From contig CAVYTU010000013.1 of NCBI GenBank assembly GCA_963771465.1, positions 352,001 to 416,000 on the forward strand: a stretch of 64,000 nt of DNA. Reading direction: 5' to 3'. Of the stretch, positions 29,969-39,665 are shown one piece after another (positions within the stretch are counted from its first letter, which is position 1; every line of letters starts with the position of its first letter). The position numbers and the translations under genes were made by a program. This DNA comes from an uncultured delta proteobacterium. Lineage in GTDB: Bacteria; Desulfobacterota; Binatia; UBA9968. Below the pieces are notes generated by a model. The model was not told the origin of the DNA, made no database searches, and saw only the letters and a program-made list of their open reading frames with translations.

Positions 29969-31028
29969 TTAAGCCGCGCTTGCACGTTGGGACTTTGACA
30001 GATCGAGTCCGACGATGAACGCCGGGTTCACCGTGCACATGGTGTAAATTTCATCTTCGGTGCAGCCGAACGCAGTCATGTGGCCGCGCAGCAAACGGAG
30101 CGACTCCACTGAATTGGGAAACAGCGGCTCGCCGGCGTCGGACGACAGCGTGCAGTGCTCGGGACCGATGGTGCGAATCGCCTTGTACATGTTTCCCGGG
30201 TCGATGCCGAGGAGCGGCGACAATTCGTCGTAGGTGAAGTTTATCCACAGGCCGGCGGTGCCTGCTTCTTTCATTTCCTCGATGGTCAAACTGACGAACG
30301 GGCTGAACGGATGGTCGACGACGCCTCGCTTGAAGCCGATCTTTTGGCTGTACTCCGCCATGGCGCGGAACTCCGGCTTGGTCGGATGGCCGAAGAATAT
30401 CGCCGCGTTGTGATCGTGAGCCATGCGAAAAATTTCTTCGATGTCCGCTAGCAGGCGGCCTTTGTCGTCGAGCAGATAGTGGCCGTATTTGAGCGAGTCT
30501 TCCCACGACAGCGGTTCGGTGTGTGCTTTCGGATCGGCGTTCTTGTCCCAAGCACTGGGCTTGCCGCCGACGATGTTGAGGGTATTAGCCGAGGTGTTGT
30601 TGGGCATCCATAGGCCGACGACGCCGGCTTTTAAATTTTTCTCCGACCACGCCGGCTCGATCTTGGAAAGAAAACCCTGTGTCACCGAGCTGCCAGGCCA
30701 GAGATGAACGGGAGTGTAGATTTTTTTCCGCGCACCACGACTCTAGCGCGCTGCGCACGCCGCCGACCGTTCCGGCCGGATCCGTTCGTCCGACGATGGT
30801 TTTGTAGAGTATGCCCATCATGCCGCTCTTCGAGGCGAGCTTGGCGACACCGAGCGCGTCCTGCTGCCCTTCGTGGGCGTGGCAGTGGATGTCGATGGAG
30901 TCTTCGACGCCGATCACATAGTCGAGGGACGGATCGACGGGCCCCTGCTTGAAGCCGCGGCGCGCGGGATAAGACGTCACCGAGCGCACCGCGCTCGGCG
31001 TGGAATAGTTGGGTCTCGTGTCTGCCAT
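29969..31028 (-). CDS. DUF6282-like metal-dependent amidohydrolase-fold protein, frameshifted at an A7 run (~30721-30727)
   Basis: N-terminal 'IDIHCHAH'; C-terminal 'LWMP', 'FGHP', 'VVDHP', 'LSSDAG'. Removing one A joins the two halves. Confidence 0.7.
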
Positions 31029-31172
31029 GGTCATTCCTCCTGTTTATCGATTTGATCGGACAATATCGCGTCATGACGCGCGCGGCAAACCCATATTTCA
31101 GCGCTGGTAAAGCGCTTGATGCGCATTCGCTTGTAACGAGTCATTTCTGCGATGGCGTCCGCAAAGCTATTT

Positions 31173-32066
31173 CTAGAAACCATGCAGCCGCGCCGGATTG
31201 TCGACGAGAATCTTGCGCAGCAACGCCGCATCGCCGTCGACGTAACGGTAAAGCAGTTCGACTTCTTCGGCGTCGTTCATCATGCGCTTGGTCCACTGCG
31301 GATGGGGCCAATCGGTGCCCCAGACGATGCGCTCGGGCGCCGCCTCGATGAATGCTTTACCATAGGGCAGCGCGTCGTCCCAGCCCGCGTCCAAGCGCGA
31401 ATCGCGGTTGCCGTTGGACACCATCATCCACCAATTTTCTTGCTTCAGCATGTCGAGCACCCAACGGATCACCGGCCGATCCATGCCGCCCTCGAAACCG
31501 ACGTGGCCGAAATGATCGATCACCATCGGTATGTCTTTGAGCGAACGCAGCAGGTCGGAATTTTCCAGCAGATCTTCGCCATTGACGTGCAGCCGCGCGT
31601 GCCAGCCGAGCTCGCCAATGCGCGCCATCGAGCGCCTGACCTCCGCCGCGCGCTGCTCCATGGCAAAAAAGCGGACGAAATTGAAGCGCGCGCCGCGCAC
31701 ACCGGCCGCATGTAAGCGCTCAAGCTCTTGGTCGGAAACGCCATCGTCGACAATGCCGATGCCGCGGTACCGGTCGCGATCATGCAAACTTTCGAGAGCG
31801 TGTAGCAGTAGGCGGTGATCGCTGCCGTAAATCGCGCTATGGACGATGACGCCGCGATGGAAGCCGATCGCCTCGTGCATTCGTTGGGCTGCGCTAAAAG
31901 TCGCGCTTTCGATGGGCGGGTACGGCGGATTGGCCCGCGGCGGAAACTTCGCCGGATCGTCGTAGATATGAAATTGACAATCGCAGCTTCCCACCGGCGG
32001 CGCCGGCACCGGCAGCCGCGGATGCTTATCCCATTGGTAAATTTTCTCTCCGGCGTTCGCCATCAT
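31173..32066 (-). CDS. Amidohydrolase_2 family lactonase/isomerase (LigI-like)
   Basis: 'CDCQFHIY', 'YGSDH', 'GVRGARFN', 'VIDHFG', 'VWGTDWPHP'. Confidence 0.88.
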   Translation of the reverse strand: MMANAGEKIYQWDKHPRLPVPAPPVGSCDCQFHIYDDPAKFPPRANPPYPPIESATFSAAQRMHEAIGFHRGVIVHSAIYGSDHRLLLHALESLHDRDRYRGIGIVDDGVSDQELERLHAAGVRGARFNFVRFFAMEQRAAEVRRSMARIGELGWHARLHVNGEDLLENSDLLRSLKDIPMVIDHFGHVGFEGGMDRPVIRWVLDMLKQENWWMMVSNGNRDSRLDAGWDDALPYGKAFIEAAPERIVWGTDWPHPQWTKRMMNDAEEVELLYRYVDGDAALLRKILVDNPARLHGF

Positions 32067-32329
32067 GATGTTCCGGCAATTCTACCGAATTGATCGAACG
32101 CCGCTGAAGCGTGATGGTTGCCGGCAACGGTCATCGACGTTCGCCGCGTTCGCTTACTTCTGAGAGCTTATAAAAGGAAATCTTTTTTGCCGTCAATCAG
32201 ATCGTGCGGGAAATCGGCGTGAATAGCGGTTGTCGCCTGATTAAATTTCCGCAAGTCTAATTCGCCGCTGCTTGCTGCGGGTAGTTCACTTCGGATGTCA
32301 CCCCGGCCGCACCGCAATGGTGAACAGTT

Positions 32330-34318
32330 TTAATACTGGGCCGGACTTTGCGCATTGAGATATTCTTTTCTCACGTACCCGACGGCGCCGGGCGGTTGAG
32401 TTTCAACTTTAAACCAACTCCCATGGGATTCAAGAACGCTGATCTTGGTCCCCGATTGAATCTGCATCGTCGAGGTGGCGGCGTAACGCGGGTATTCTCT
32501 GAGCGGCACCGCGCGCCGGGTGACGTAGGTGGCTGCACGCGACGGGCGAGCTTCGCGTTTCAGGACATTTTGACTTTTCGGACCGACGGATTGTGGAGTT
32601 TTCAACTCATTGGCGGGTATTGCTATGCTACTGTCGCCCGACGCTTCGGTTTCCATTGTTTGTTTCACGGCGACATTTGACTCCGGCTTGGCTGCCGTGC
32701 TGCCTTGGTCCGATAAAAGATAAGCGATCGGGATTATCAGCAGAACAGCGCCTGCCACGGGCAGAGCAGCCTTGGGAAATGTCTTTTCCTTCCAAGTCAT
32801 TTGCCATGCGCGCCGCGCCGCGTTGAACCAATCGGAAATAGTGTCTTGGAAAAGCTTCGATGCAACGCTTACCGACGTAGTTGGCCGCAACGGCGTGGGG
32901 GCCGTGCCATCGTGAGCGGAGTGAGCCGCTGGAATCGAGTGAGCCGCCGGAATCGATTGATTCGCTTGATGGTGTTTGTCATGAGGCAGTGTTTCGTCGT
33001 CGTGTCTTACTGCTTCGGCAGCCGCCAGCCTCTCGGTGAGAAAAACCATCTGTCCGCGCAACTCGGCGAGTTCCGCGCTGCGCTGTTCGACGATTTGTTG
33101 TTTCTCCGCTAGTTGCCGTTCGAAGGACGCGATCGTAGTGCTGGTTTGCTTTTCCAGCTCCTCGATGGCCGTTGCCGAGGTTTGAAGTAGGTCGGCGCTT
33201 TCGCGTAGTTCTTCTACAGCCAAACGTTCGGACCTTCCCCGTTCCGATTTAAGCTCGACACACTCTTGAGTCAATTCTCTCAACCTAACGGTGAGCGACT
33301 CAAGTTCCGCTTCGCGGTTCTGTAATAGACTCTGCTTTTCGCCGAGTTGATTTTCCAAGGCGTGGAGCTGCCCGGCAAACTGCTGTTCGCGATTTTTTAT
33401 CGCATCATCCTTAACCTGCAAGAGCTCGCTATGGTGAGCTAGCTCCTCGCGCAGCACACCGCCTTCCTGATTTTTGGCGTCGGCGAGCTCGGCGAGTTGC
33501 GCAGTAAGTTGATCTACTTTGAACCTGGTCGATTGGAGATCCGCTTCGCGGCTCTGTAACAAACTCCGCTTTTCGCCGAGTTGATTTTCCAACGCGCGGA
33601 GTTGCTCGGCGAACTGCTGTTCGCGATTTTTTATCGCATCAACCTTAACTAGCAAAAGCTCGCTCTGGTGAGCTAGCTCCTCGCGCAGCAGTCCGACTTC
33701 CTGATCCTTCGCCTCAGCGAGCTCGGCGAGTTGCGCCGTGAGTTGATCTACTTTGGACACGGTCGCTTGAATCTCCGCGTCGTGACTCTCGATGATCTCG
33801 TCTTTTTCGCTCAGTCGAATTTCCAGGTAGCGAATGGTTTCGCGGTAACGCATTTCCTGATCGTCGAGCGTGTTTTCCCTTGTCTGCAGAGGTTGCGCTG
33901 GCTGGTCAACGGTCACTTGCCAAGACTGCGGGTCCGGGTCTTTTGACGCGGCAATCTCCGCGACCCGCTGTTTGAACGCCGCCGATCCTGATTCGTCCTG
34001 GCGGCGATGCTCGGCGTCTTCCCGCGATGTGCTGCGGTGTTCTTCTCGCGGCTGAGATGCCTGCAAAAGAATCTTGCGAGCAATCTCTTTTTCGATATCG
34101 CTAGGGTTTAATAAGTTAGCCGCTTCATCGATTTCGTCTTGGTAGCCGACAGGCCCGTCGATGGTGACATTAATCAGTAGGAGATAGAGTCGGGTTTCTC
34201 GATCGGTCGCGTCATTATCGATAAAATTCAACAGAATCTTGGCGTCGTCGTATCTCCCTGCGCTGAGGAACCGCTCGATTTCTGAAAGTATGTCTTGGGA
34301 GTGATAAGTCTTGGCCAT
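32330..34318 (-). CDS. Large coiled-coil protein with one TM helix and a C-terminal SH3b-like domain
   Basis: Heptad-rich core, TM 'ALPVAGAVLLIIPIAYLL', C-terminal 'LRE.P...G.KISVL...GSWFKV...GYV..EYL'. Confidence 0.75.
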   Translation of the reverse strand: MAKTYHSQDILSEIERFLSAGRYDDAKILLNFIDNDATDRETRLYLLLINVTIDGPVGYQDEIDEAANLLNPSDIEKEIARKILLQASQPREEHRSTSREDAEHRRQDESGSAAFKQRVAEIAASKDPDPQSWQVTVDQPAQPLQTRENTLDDQEMRYRETIRYLEIRLSEKDEIIESHDAEIQATVSKVDQLTAQLAELAEAKDQEVGLLREELAHQSELLLVKVDAIKNREQQFAEQLRALENQLGEKRSLLQSREADLQSTRFKVDQLTAQLAELADAKNQEGGVLREELAHHSELLQVKDDAIKNREQQFAGQLHALENQLGEKQSLLQNREAELESLTVRLRELTQECVELKSERGRSERLAVEELRESADLLQTSATAIEELEKQTSTTIASFERQLAEKQQIVEQRSAELAELRGQMVFLTERLAAAEAVRHDDETLPHDKHHQANQSIPAAHSIPAAHSAHDGTAPTPLRPTTSVSVASKLFQDTISDWFNAARRAWQMTWKEKTFPKAALPVAGAVLLIIPIAYLLSDQGSTAAKPESNVAVKQTMETEASGDSSIAIPANELKTPQSVGPKSQNVLKREARPSRAATYVTRRAVPLREYPRYAATSTMQIQSGTKISVLESHGSWFKVETQPPGAVGYVRKEYLNAQSPAQY
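33300..33754 (-). repeat. Intragenic tandem duplication, 234-bp (78-aa) unit, two copies
   Basis: GATCTACTTT occurs at 33511 and 33745; 'KVDQLTAQLAELA...LENQLGEK.SLLQ.REA' appears twice. Confidence 0.9.
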
Positions 34319-34451
34319 AACTCATCGCTTCGGATGTTTGTTCAGCCACGAAATTCTATGAACAGTCGTCGGAAAGAGTTTATAGCGCCGTCACTGCGGG
34401 AGTGCAATACACAGCTTCAAAGGTCTACCCTGTGCCACCGATTGGATCAGC

Positions 34452-34467
34452 AGCAAGTTTGGTGCCA
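34452..34467 (-). promoter_or_regulatory. sigma54 -24/-12 promoter
   Basis: TGGCAC-CAAAC-TTGCT, a perfect consensus about 135 bp upstream of the coiled-coil gene. Confidence 0.7.
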
Positions 34468-34854
34468 GCCAAAGAAGATGGTGATTAGCGGTTACAGGTT
34501 TCGGTTAGTACTGAAACTCAATAATTTTGATCCCGCAAGTGGACTTCAGATATCGAAGTTGTCGGTAACCCTTGTAGGTAAACTTCTTCAGAGGTGCAGG
34601 TAATTCACCAGAACAAGAGTAGGACTCGACTGTAAGATCGTTGTTGCATAATTGAGAAACCCACGATCGCCAAGCCGATTTCTCAACCAACACAATCAGT
34701 GTCGGCTATCCGCGTCGGTCATGAACGCCGATGCCGGCTAACCATAGGTATAATGCACTGCTGAATCCTTAGCAATTTTTTGTGCGATTAAACCTTAACG
34801 ACTCGAACGGTCTGATCGCTTAACGTCGATCAGTCAATCGTCAAAGTTCCAATG

Positions 34855-34899
34855 ATTGGAACGGAGCGAAATGATTGAACGGCTGGAACCATTGGAACG
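34855..34899 (-). repeat. 9-bp-period array (CGTTCCAAT GGTTCCAGC CGTTCAATC ATTTCGCTC CGTTCCAAT)
   Basis: Starts 5 nt after the phnA-like stop; followed by an inverted unit that forms GTTCCAAT-G-ATTGGAAC. Confidence 0.7.
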
Positions 34900-34903
34900 C
34901 TCT

Positions 34904-36028
34904 CTAGGCGACTATATGACGCGTGAGGTCGAGATTGGCGGTAAAGGCCTCCGGCGGGGGAAGGTCCACCGAAGAGTTATAAATGACCAGTGGAATATCC
35001 GACTCGTGGAGCGAACCATGGGATCGATAGCCGTATTCGAGTTCTTCCATGGGCCCTTCGAGCTCGCCGAAAACGGTATCAGCATCACCGAATACTGCTA
35101 GCTCGCCGATGCGCTCGGGCATGAGGCCGAATTTGGCCGCGGCATCACGGCGCGGCAGCACCGCTTCCACCCCCTTGAGTCCCATTAGGGTCGCCGCGAC
35201 TTTGCTCTCATCCTTCGGTGACTTGAGCCAGACCCAGGCTGCGCCGCCAAAGGTCCGGTGATGCTTGACGTAGCGATCTTTTTCCGCGGAAAGCGCAAAG
35301 CGCACTTCGCTGCCGAGCTCGCGGCAGGCTTTGAAAAGGTCCCAACAACGCGATTTGTAATTCATGCCGTGGTCGGCGGTGAGTAAGAAGGCGGCGTCCG
35401 GTGCAGCGGCTTTCGCTTCGCTCAGGAGCTGATCCAGAGTTGTCATGTGTTCTTTCGATTCTGTCTCCGCCGGCGCCCAGGTATGCATCGGGTAATCGGT
35501 GGTGTGAACATAGAGAAGACCGATGTCAGGGCGATGCTTGAGAATATCGATGGCGGCCCGCCACAGCCAATAATTGATTTCGCGACTGTAGATGTTCGCT
35601 GGTTGGCCGTAGCGCGCAACCCACTCAGCAGGCGGCGCCTCAGCGGCTACGGCGATCTCCGCGCCGCGCCCGAGTAGATGTATTGTTTTTACTTTGCACG
35701 TCAGCAGCGCCGACTTTACGCCGCGCTCGGCAGCGCGTTGAATCACCGTCGGGACACAAATAAAATCAGCGTTCTCCATGTAGTCGGCTTCGCCGGTCTG
35801 CTCGTTGAAATAAGAATTGCCGGTGATGCCATGCTCTTTGGGCCATGTGCCGCAGCAGATCGACGCATTGTTGGAGTTGGTTACCGTCGGAAAAACCGCG
35901 CTAACCCGTTTAAAAAATCCTTGTTCCGCCATGGAGCGAAACGCCGGCAACGGGCTGGCTTCCATGTAATCCATGCCGAATCCGTCGTACATGCCGATAA
36001 CGATCCGTTGTTTGCCGATGAGTGTCAT
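34904..36028 (-). CDS. Phosphonoacetate hydrolase-like enzyme (alkaline phosphatase/NPP superfamily)
   Basis: 'YDG', 'FPTVTNSNNASI' (Thr nucleophile), 'HGITGN', 'TTDYPMH', 'TADHGM', 'RSHG' follow the PhnA motif order. Confidence 0.75.
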   Translation of the reverse strand: MTLIGKQRIVIGMYDGFGMDYMEASPLPAFRSMAEQGFFKRVSAVFPTVTNSNNASICCGTWPKEHGITGNSYFNEQTGEADYMENADFICVPTVIQRAAERGVKSALLTCKVKTIHLLGRGAEIAVAAEAPPAEWVARYGQPANIYSREINYWLWRAAIDILKHRPDIGLLYVHTTDYPMHTWAPAETESKEHMTTLDQLLSEAKAAAPDAAFLLTADHGMNYKSRCWDLFKACRELGSEVRFALSAEKDRYVKHHRTFGGAAWVWLKSPKDESKVAATLMGLKGVEAVLPRRDAAAKFGLMPERIGELAVFGDADTVFGELEGPMEELEYGYRSHGSLHESDIPLVIYNSSVDLPPPEAFTANLDLTRHIVA

Positions 36029-36048
36029 GCTCGTTTACCTCCTGGAAT

Positions 36049-36894
36049 TTAGCCGATCTGTCCCGAGACAAATTCTCGGGTAAGCTGCGATTGCGGGTTC
36101 ATGAAAATTTGCGCCGTGGGCGCCTGCTCGATGATCTCTCCGTCGAGCATGAAGATCGCCTGGTCGGAGACGCGTTTGGCCTGGGCCAGATTATGGGTGA
36201 CGATCACGATGGTGTAGCGCGGCTTGAGCCCCAAGACCAGTGCTTCGATCTGTTTAGTTGCCGCCGGGTCCAACGACGAGCAAGGCTCGTCCATGAGAAT
36301 GACTTCTGGTTGGTTTGCCAGAGTGCGCGCCAGACAAAGGCGCTGTTGTTGCCCGCCGGACAGCCGATCGGCGCGCTCGCTCAGCCGGTCTTTCACTTCG
36401 CTCCACAGACCTACCTGTTGCAAATAATAGCGCGCATACTCCGCGGGCGGTGTTCCATTAAAAAGGCCGTGATAGCGGGCGCCGAACAAAACGTCGTCCA
36501 AGATACTCATTGGAAACGGCACCGGCCGTTGATGGATAAGACCGATGCGCCGGCGGATCGCCACCGGCTGAACGCCTCTCTCAAACAGATCTCTGCCGCC
36601 GAATGCGACGGCGCCCGAGAGCACGCGTGCCTGTGGAATCAGTTCCAGTGTCCGATTGAGGACGCGAAGAAACGTCGACTTGCCGCAGCCCGATGGGCCG
36701 AGGATCGCGGTAATCGCGCCGCGGGCAACCGAGCAATCGATGTTTTTGAGCACGACTCTTTCGCCGTAGGCGACCGACAAGCGTTGCACCGCAAACACGA
36801 TCGGCGCATCCTCTTGCGGCGCTTGGCGCTTCGCCGCGGCGCCGTTGATGCCGCCCCAGGTCAAAGCCGTCGATGTTTGGCTCGATTCATTCAC
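36049..36894 (-). CDS. pstB: Phosphate ABC transporter ATP-binding protein (PstB-like)
   Basis: 'GPSGCGKST', 'Q.P.PFPMSI', 'LSGGQQQRLC.AR', 'DEPCSSLDP', 'VTHN'. Confidence 0.85.
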   Translation of the reverse strand: MNESSQTSTALTWGGINGAAAKRQAPQEDAPIVFAVQRLSVAYGERVVLKNIDCSVARGAITAILGPSGCGKSTFLRVLNRTLELIPQARVLSGAVAFGGRDLFERGVQPVAIRRRIGLIHQRPVPFPMSILDDVLFGARYHGLFNGTPPAEYARYYLQQVGLWSEVKDRLSERADRLSGGQQQRLCLARTLANQPEVILMDEPCSSLDPAATKQIEALVLGLKPRYTIVIVTHNLAQAKRVSDQAIFMLDGEIIEQAPTAQIFMNPQSQLTREFVSGQIG

Positions 36895-36901
36895 GAATGA
36901 G

Positions 36902-37765
36902 TTACCTCCCGCGAAAACCCTTGATCAACATGACCGTCACGTTTGCCATGAGCAGGAGCGCGACGAGAATCAATGCGGTCGCGTAGGCTTGCTGCGGCGA
37001 GCTCGCCTCGCTGACCAGGTAGTACAAATGGGTCGGCAGCGTCATCACCGGCGAGGACAAGTCGGGACCGCTCTTGGACAGAACTACGCTTGCGGTCATC
37101 AGCACGGGTGCCGCCGAGCCAAAGGCATGACCCGCGGCGAGCACAACTGCTGCGAGCAGACCGGCGCGCGCTTTGGGCCAGACGTTGTTGCGAAATGCAA
37201 AGAGCCGGCTGACGCCGAGGGCGAGCGCCGCTTCGCGATATTTTCTCTCGACGGCGCGCAGCGCCTCGTAAGCGCCGATCATAATAATCGGCAGCATCAC
37301 CAAGCCCAAGGTTATTCCCCCGGCGAGCAGCGAAATTCGCAGCTTCACAAACACCACCAGAAACGAATAACCGACCAGGCCATAGATGACCGCCGGCACG
37401 CCGGCCAAGCACTCGGCGCAAAAACTCACCGCCCGCTGCAAACCAACGGATGCGCTGTATTCGGTGAGATAGATGGCGGCGCCGAGCGCCAAGGGCAGCG
37501 CGACTGAGAGACCGATCGCGACCAGAGCGAGAGATCCCTCTATGGCCGGCCGGATGCCGCCCGAGCTGCCGAGCGGAAACCCTTTGGGGCTCTGCCAGAG
37601 CAATTCCCAGGTGATCGCTTGGGCGCCGTGATAGCAAAGAAAAAGAATGAGGGACATCGGCAGGATGAAACCCAACAGACCCAAACTCCAGGCGATGGAT
37701 ATAAATATTCCGTCCTGCCAAGAGCGGATTTGCTCGCGCGAAAATCTCGCATCAAGTGCCGACAT
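36902..37765 (-). CDS. pstA: Phosphate ABC transporter permease (PstA-like)
   Basis: 'GGIRPAI.GS', 'AIYLTEY', 'LAGVPAVIYGL', 'REAALALG', 'MTLP.HLY'. Confidence 0.85.
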   Translation of the reverse strand: MSALDARFSREQIRSWQDGIFISIAWSLGLLGFILPMSLILFLCYHGAQAITWELLWQSPKGFPLGSSGGIRPAIEGSLALVAIGLSVALPLALGAAIYLTEYSASVGLQRAVSFCAECLAGVPAVIYGLVGYSFLVVFVKLRISLLAGGITLGLVMLPIIMIGAYEALRAVERKYREAALALGVSRLFAFRNNVWPKARAGLLAAVVLAAGHAFGSAAPVLMTASVVLSKSGPDLSSPVMTLPTHLYYLVSEASSPQQAYATALILVALLLMANVTVMLIKGFRGR

Positions 37766-38714
37766 AAATCATTCTTTTTTTGAGCCGGCCGATCAGCGCA
37801 TTAATAGCTATGACCACGATCATCAATAACAACGCGGCGGCGAATAAAGCGTGCTGTTTCGTGGACCCGACGCCGGCTTCGCCGAGCTCGGTGATCATCA
37901 ACGCAGTAATCGGTTGGCCGCGATCCAATAGCGAGGCGGGCACAGCCACCGAATTCCCCGCGAGCATCAATACCGCCAGCGTTTCGCCGAGGGCGCGCGC
38001 CAACCCGAGCGCCACCGCCGCGAACATTCCGGATGCTGCGTGGCGCATGAGCACCCGGCGCGTCAGGCACCAGCGATTCACTCCGAGCGCGAGGGCTGCC
38101 TCCCTGACGTCAGCGGGCACCGCGCCGAACGCCTCGGCCGAAGTCGAAGCGATAAAAGGTAAAATCATCACGGCTAAGATCAGCCCCGCGACGAACAGCG
38201 ATTCGCCCGTCGGCATGTCGAAGGTTCTTTCAAACCAGGGAACCAAAGTCACGTAACCGAAGAAACCGTAGACCACCGATGGAATGCCGGCCAGCGACTC
38301 TAGGCAAGGTTGCAGTAATCTTCTCATCATTGCGGGCGCAATTTCCGCGAGAAACACGCCGATGCCGAAACCTATCGGAGCCGCCACCGCCAGGGCGATC
38401 GAGGTGACCGTCAGAGTGGAAATCCAGGCGTGACGCACGCCGAACCTAGCCGGTTGAGAAAGCGGCTCCCAGGGATCAGCGATGAGCAAACCCCAGAGGC
38501 CGCCGCCTTCGAACAACATCGGCAAGGCTTCGCGCCCCAACAACAGCAGCACGAGCAAGAGAATGACGACAGCGCCGATGAGAAGGAATAAAAAAAATGA
38601 TTGCGCCAGGATTTCTCGAAAAGATTGCTCCGACCAAGCGGCCGGCAAACGGAAAAAGCCGGGGCGAAGGCCAAAGGCGCTGGACGGATCTCCGGCGCTA
38701 TTTAGATTCGTCAA
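37752..38714 (-). CDS. pstC: Phosphate ABC transporter permease (PstC-like)
   Basis: 'LAGIPSVVYGFFG', 'LAVMILP', 'RALGETLAVLMLAGN'. Confidence 0.88.
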   Translation of the reverse strand: MTNLNSAGDPSSAFGLRPGFFRLPAAWSEQSFREILAQSFFLFLLIGAVVILLLVLLLLGREALPMLFEGGGLWGLLIADPWEPLSQPARFGVRHAWISTLTVTSIALAVAAPIGFGIGVFLAEIAPAMMRRLLQPCLESLAGIPSVVYGFFGYVTLVPWFERTFDMPTGESLFVAGLILAVMILPFIASTSAEAFGAVPADVREAALALGVNRWCLTRRVLMRHAASGMFAAVALGLARALGETLAVLMLAGNSVAVPASLLDRGQPITALMITELGEAGVGSTKQHALFAAALLLMIVVIAINALIGRLKKRMIYVGT

Positions 38715-39589
38715 TTCACGCTCCGCGCCGGCACATAGCCGTGAGCGCCGACGATCTTCTGGCAGCTGCTGAGCGCGTAATCGACAAAATGGCGCACGCT
38801 GGGAGCGGGCGCGCCCTTGACGACCATGAGCAGCGGCCTGGCCAGCGGATAGGTGCCGTTGGTGACGTTGGCGTCCGTCGCTTCGATGTTCTCCAGAGCG
38901 AAAGCCTTGAGATTTTTGTTGTGCAAAGCGAGGCCGGAAGAAATGTAGGCAATCGCGTTAGGGTTACTCTGGAGTTTTTCCAGGAGCGCCCCTTGGGACG
39001 GCAGCTGCAGCGCCTTGGATGAAAGTTTCTTTTCGCCCATGATCTTCTCTTGAAAAATCTCCGTCGAGCCGGCGCTCGCGTCGCGGGTCAAAAGCACGAT
39101 CGGTTTGGCCGGCAGCGAACGGTCGAGCTCCTGGTAGCTTTTGGCCTCGCCGGAAAAAACCGCCGCAAGCTCCGCGGGTGTGAAACCTTTTTTGCGAGCG
39201 GCCAGAGGATTGCGGTTATTGACCGCGACGGCGACCGCGTCTTTGCCGACCAGATGGCTCTGGTGCTCGCCCAAAAGCTTTTTCTCCTGATCTTTTAAAT
39301 CTCTCGATACCATGCCGATGTCGATGACGCCGCTCAATAGTGCTTTCACGCCGAATCCCGAGCCGCCGCCGGTGACAAAAACCGTTGTGCCGGTTTTCGG
39401 CATGGAAGCATCCACACGATCCCAGGTCTGATATTTCTCCATGAACTCACTGCTGCAATTAGCCATAATCGGTAGCAGCGTGGTCGATCCGCCTGCGCGT
39501 ATCGTTGCGTCCTGATCGCCAGCGGCAGCAGCTGTAACCATTCCGATGATCATTCCGCAACCAAACAGCAATGATGAAAATCTTTGCAT
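38711..39589 (-). CDS. pstS: PstS-family substrate-binding protein (divergent)
   Basis: 'GGSTT', 'GGGSG.G', 'GM.SR.LK', 'YPLARPL'; the usual R...SGT motif reads RDASAGS. Confidence 0.8.
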   Translation of the reverse strand: MQRFSSLLFGCGMIIGMVTAAAAGDQDATIRAGGSTTLLPIMANCSSEFMEKYQTWDRVDASMPKTGTTVFVTGGGSGFGVKALLSGVIDIGMVSRDLKDQEKKLLGEHQSHLVGKDAVAVAVNNRNPLAARKKGFTPAELAAVFSGEAKSYQELDRSLPAKPIVLLTRDASAGSTEIFQEKIMGEKKLSSKALQLPSQGALLEKLQSNPNAIAYISSGLALHNKNLKAFALENIEATDANVTNGTYPLARPLLMVVKGAPAPSVRHFVDYALSSCQKIVGAHGYVPARSVN

Positions 39590-39665
39590 ACCTATCCTCC
39601 GTTTCTAGTATCGAAGATTCGCCGAAATGAAGTTGATTTCAACGAAACCAATTTCACTCGTGCAA

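Noticed and set aside
34505-34693. 62-aa ORF in an AT-richer spacer
   Set aside because: No RBS or recognisable motif; cannot be supported as a gene.
36022-37721. Long overlapping ORFs 36022..36900 (+) and 36891..37721 (-)
   Set aside because: Antisense or alternative-frame shadows of pstB/pstA, typical of high-GC DNA.
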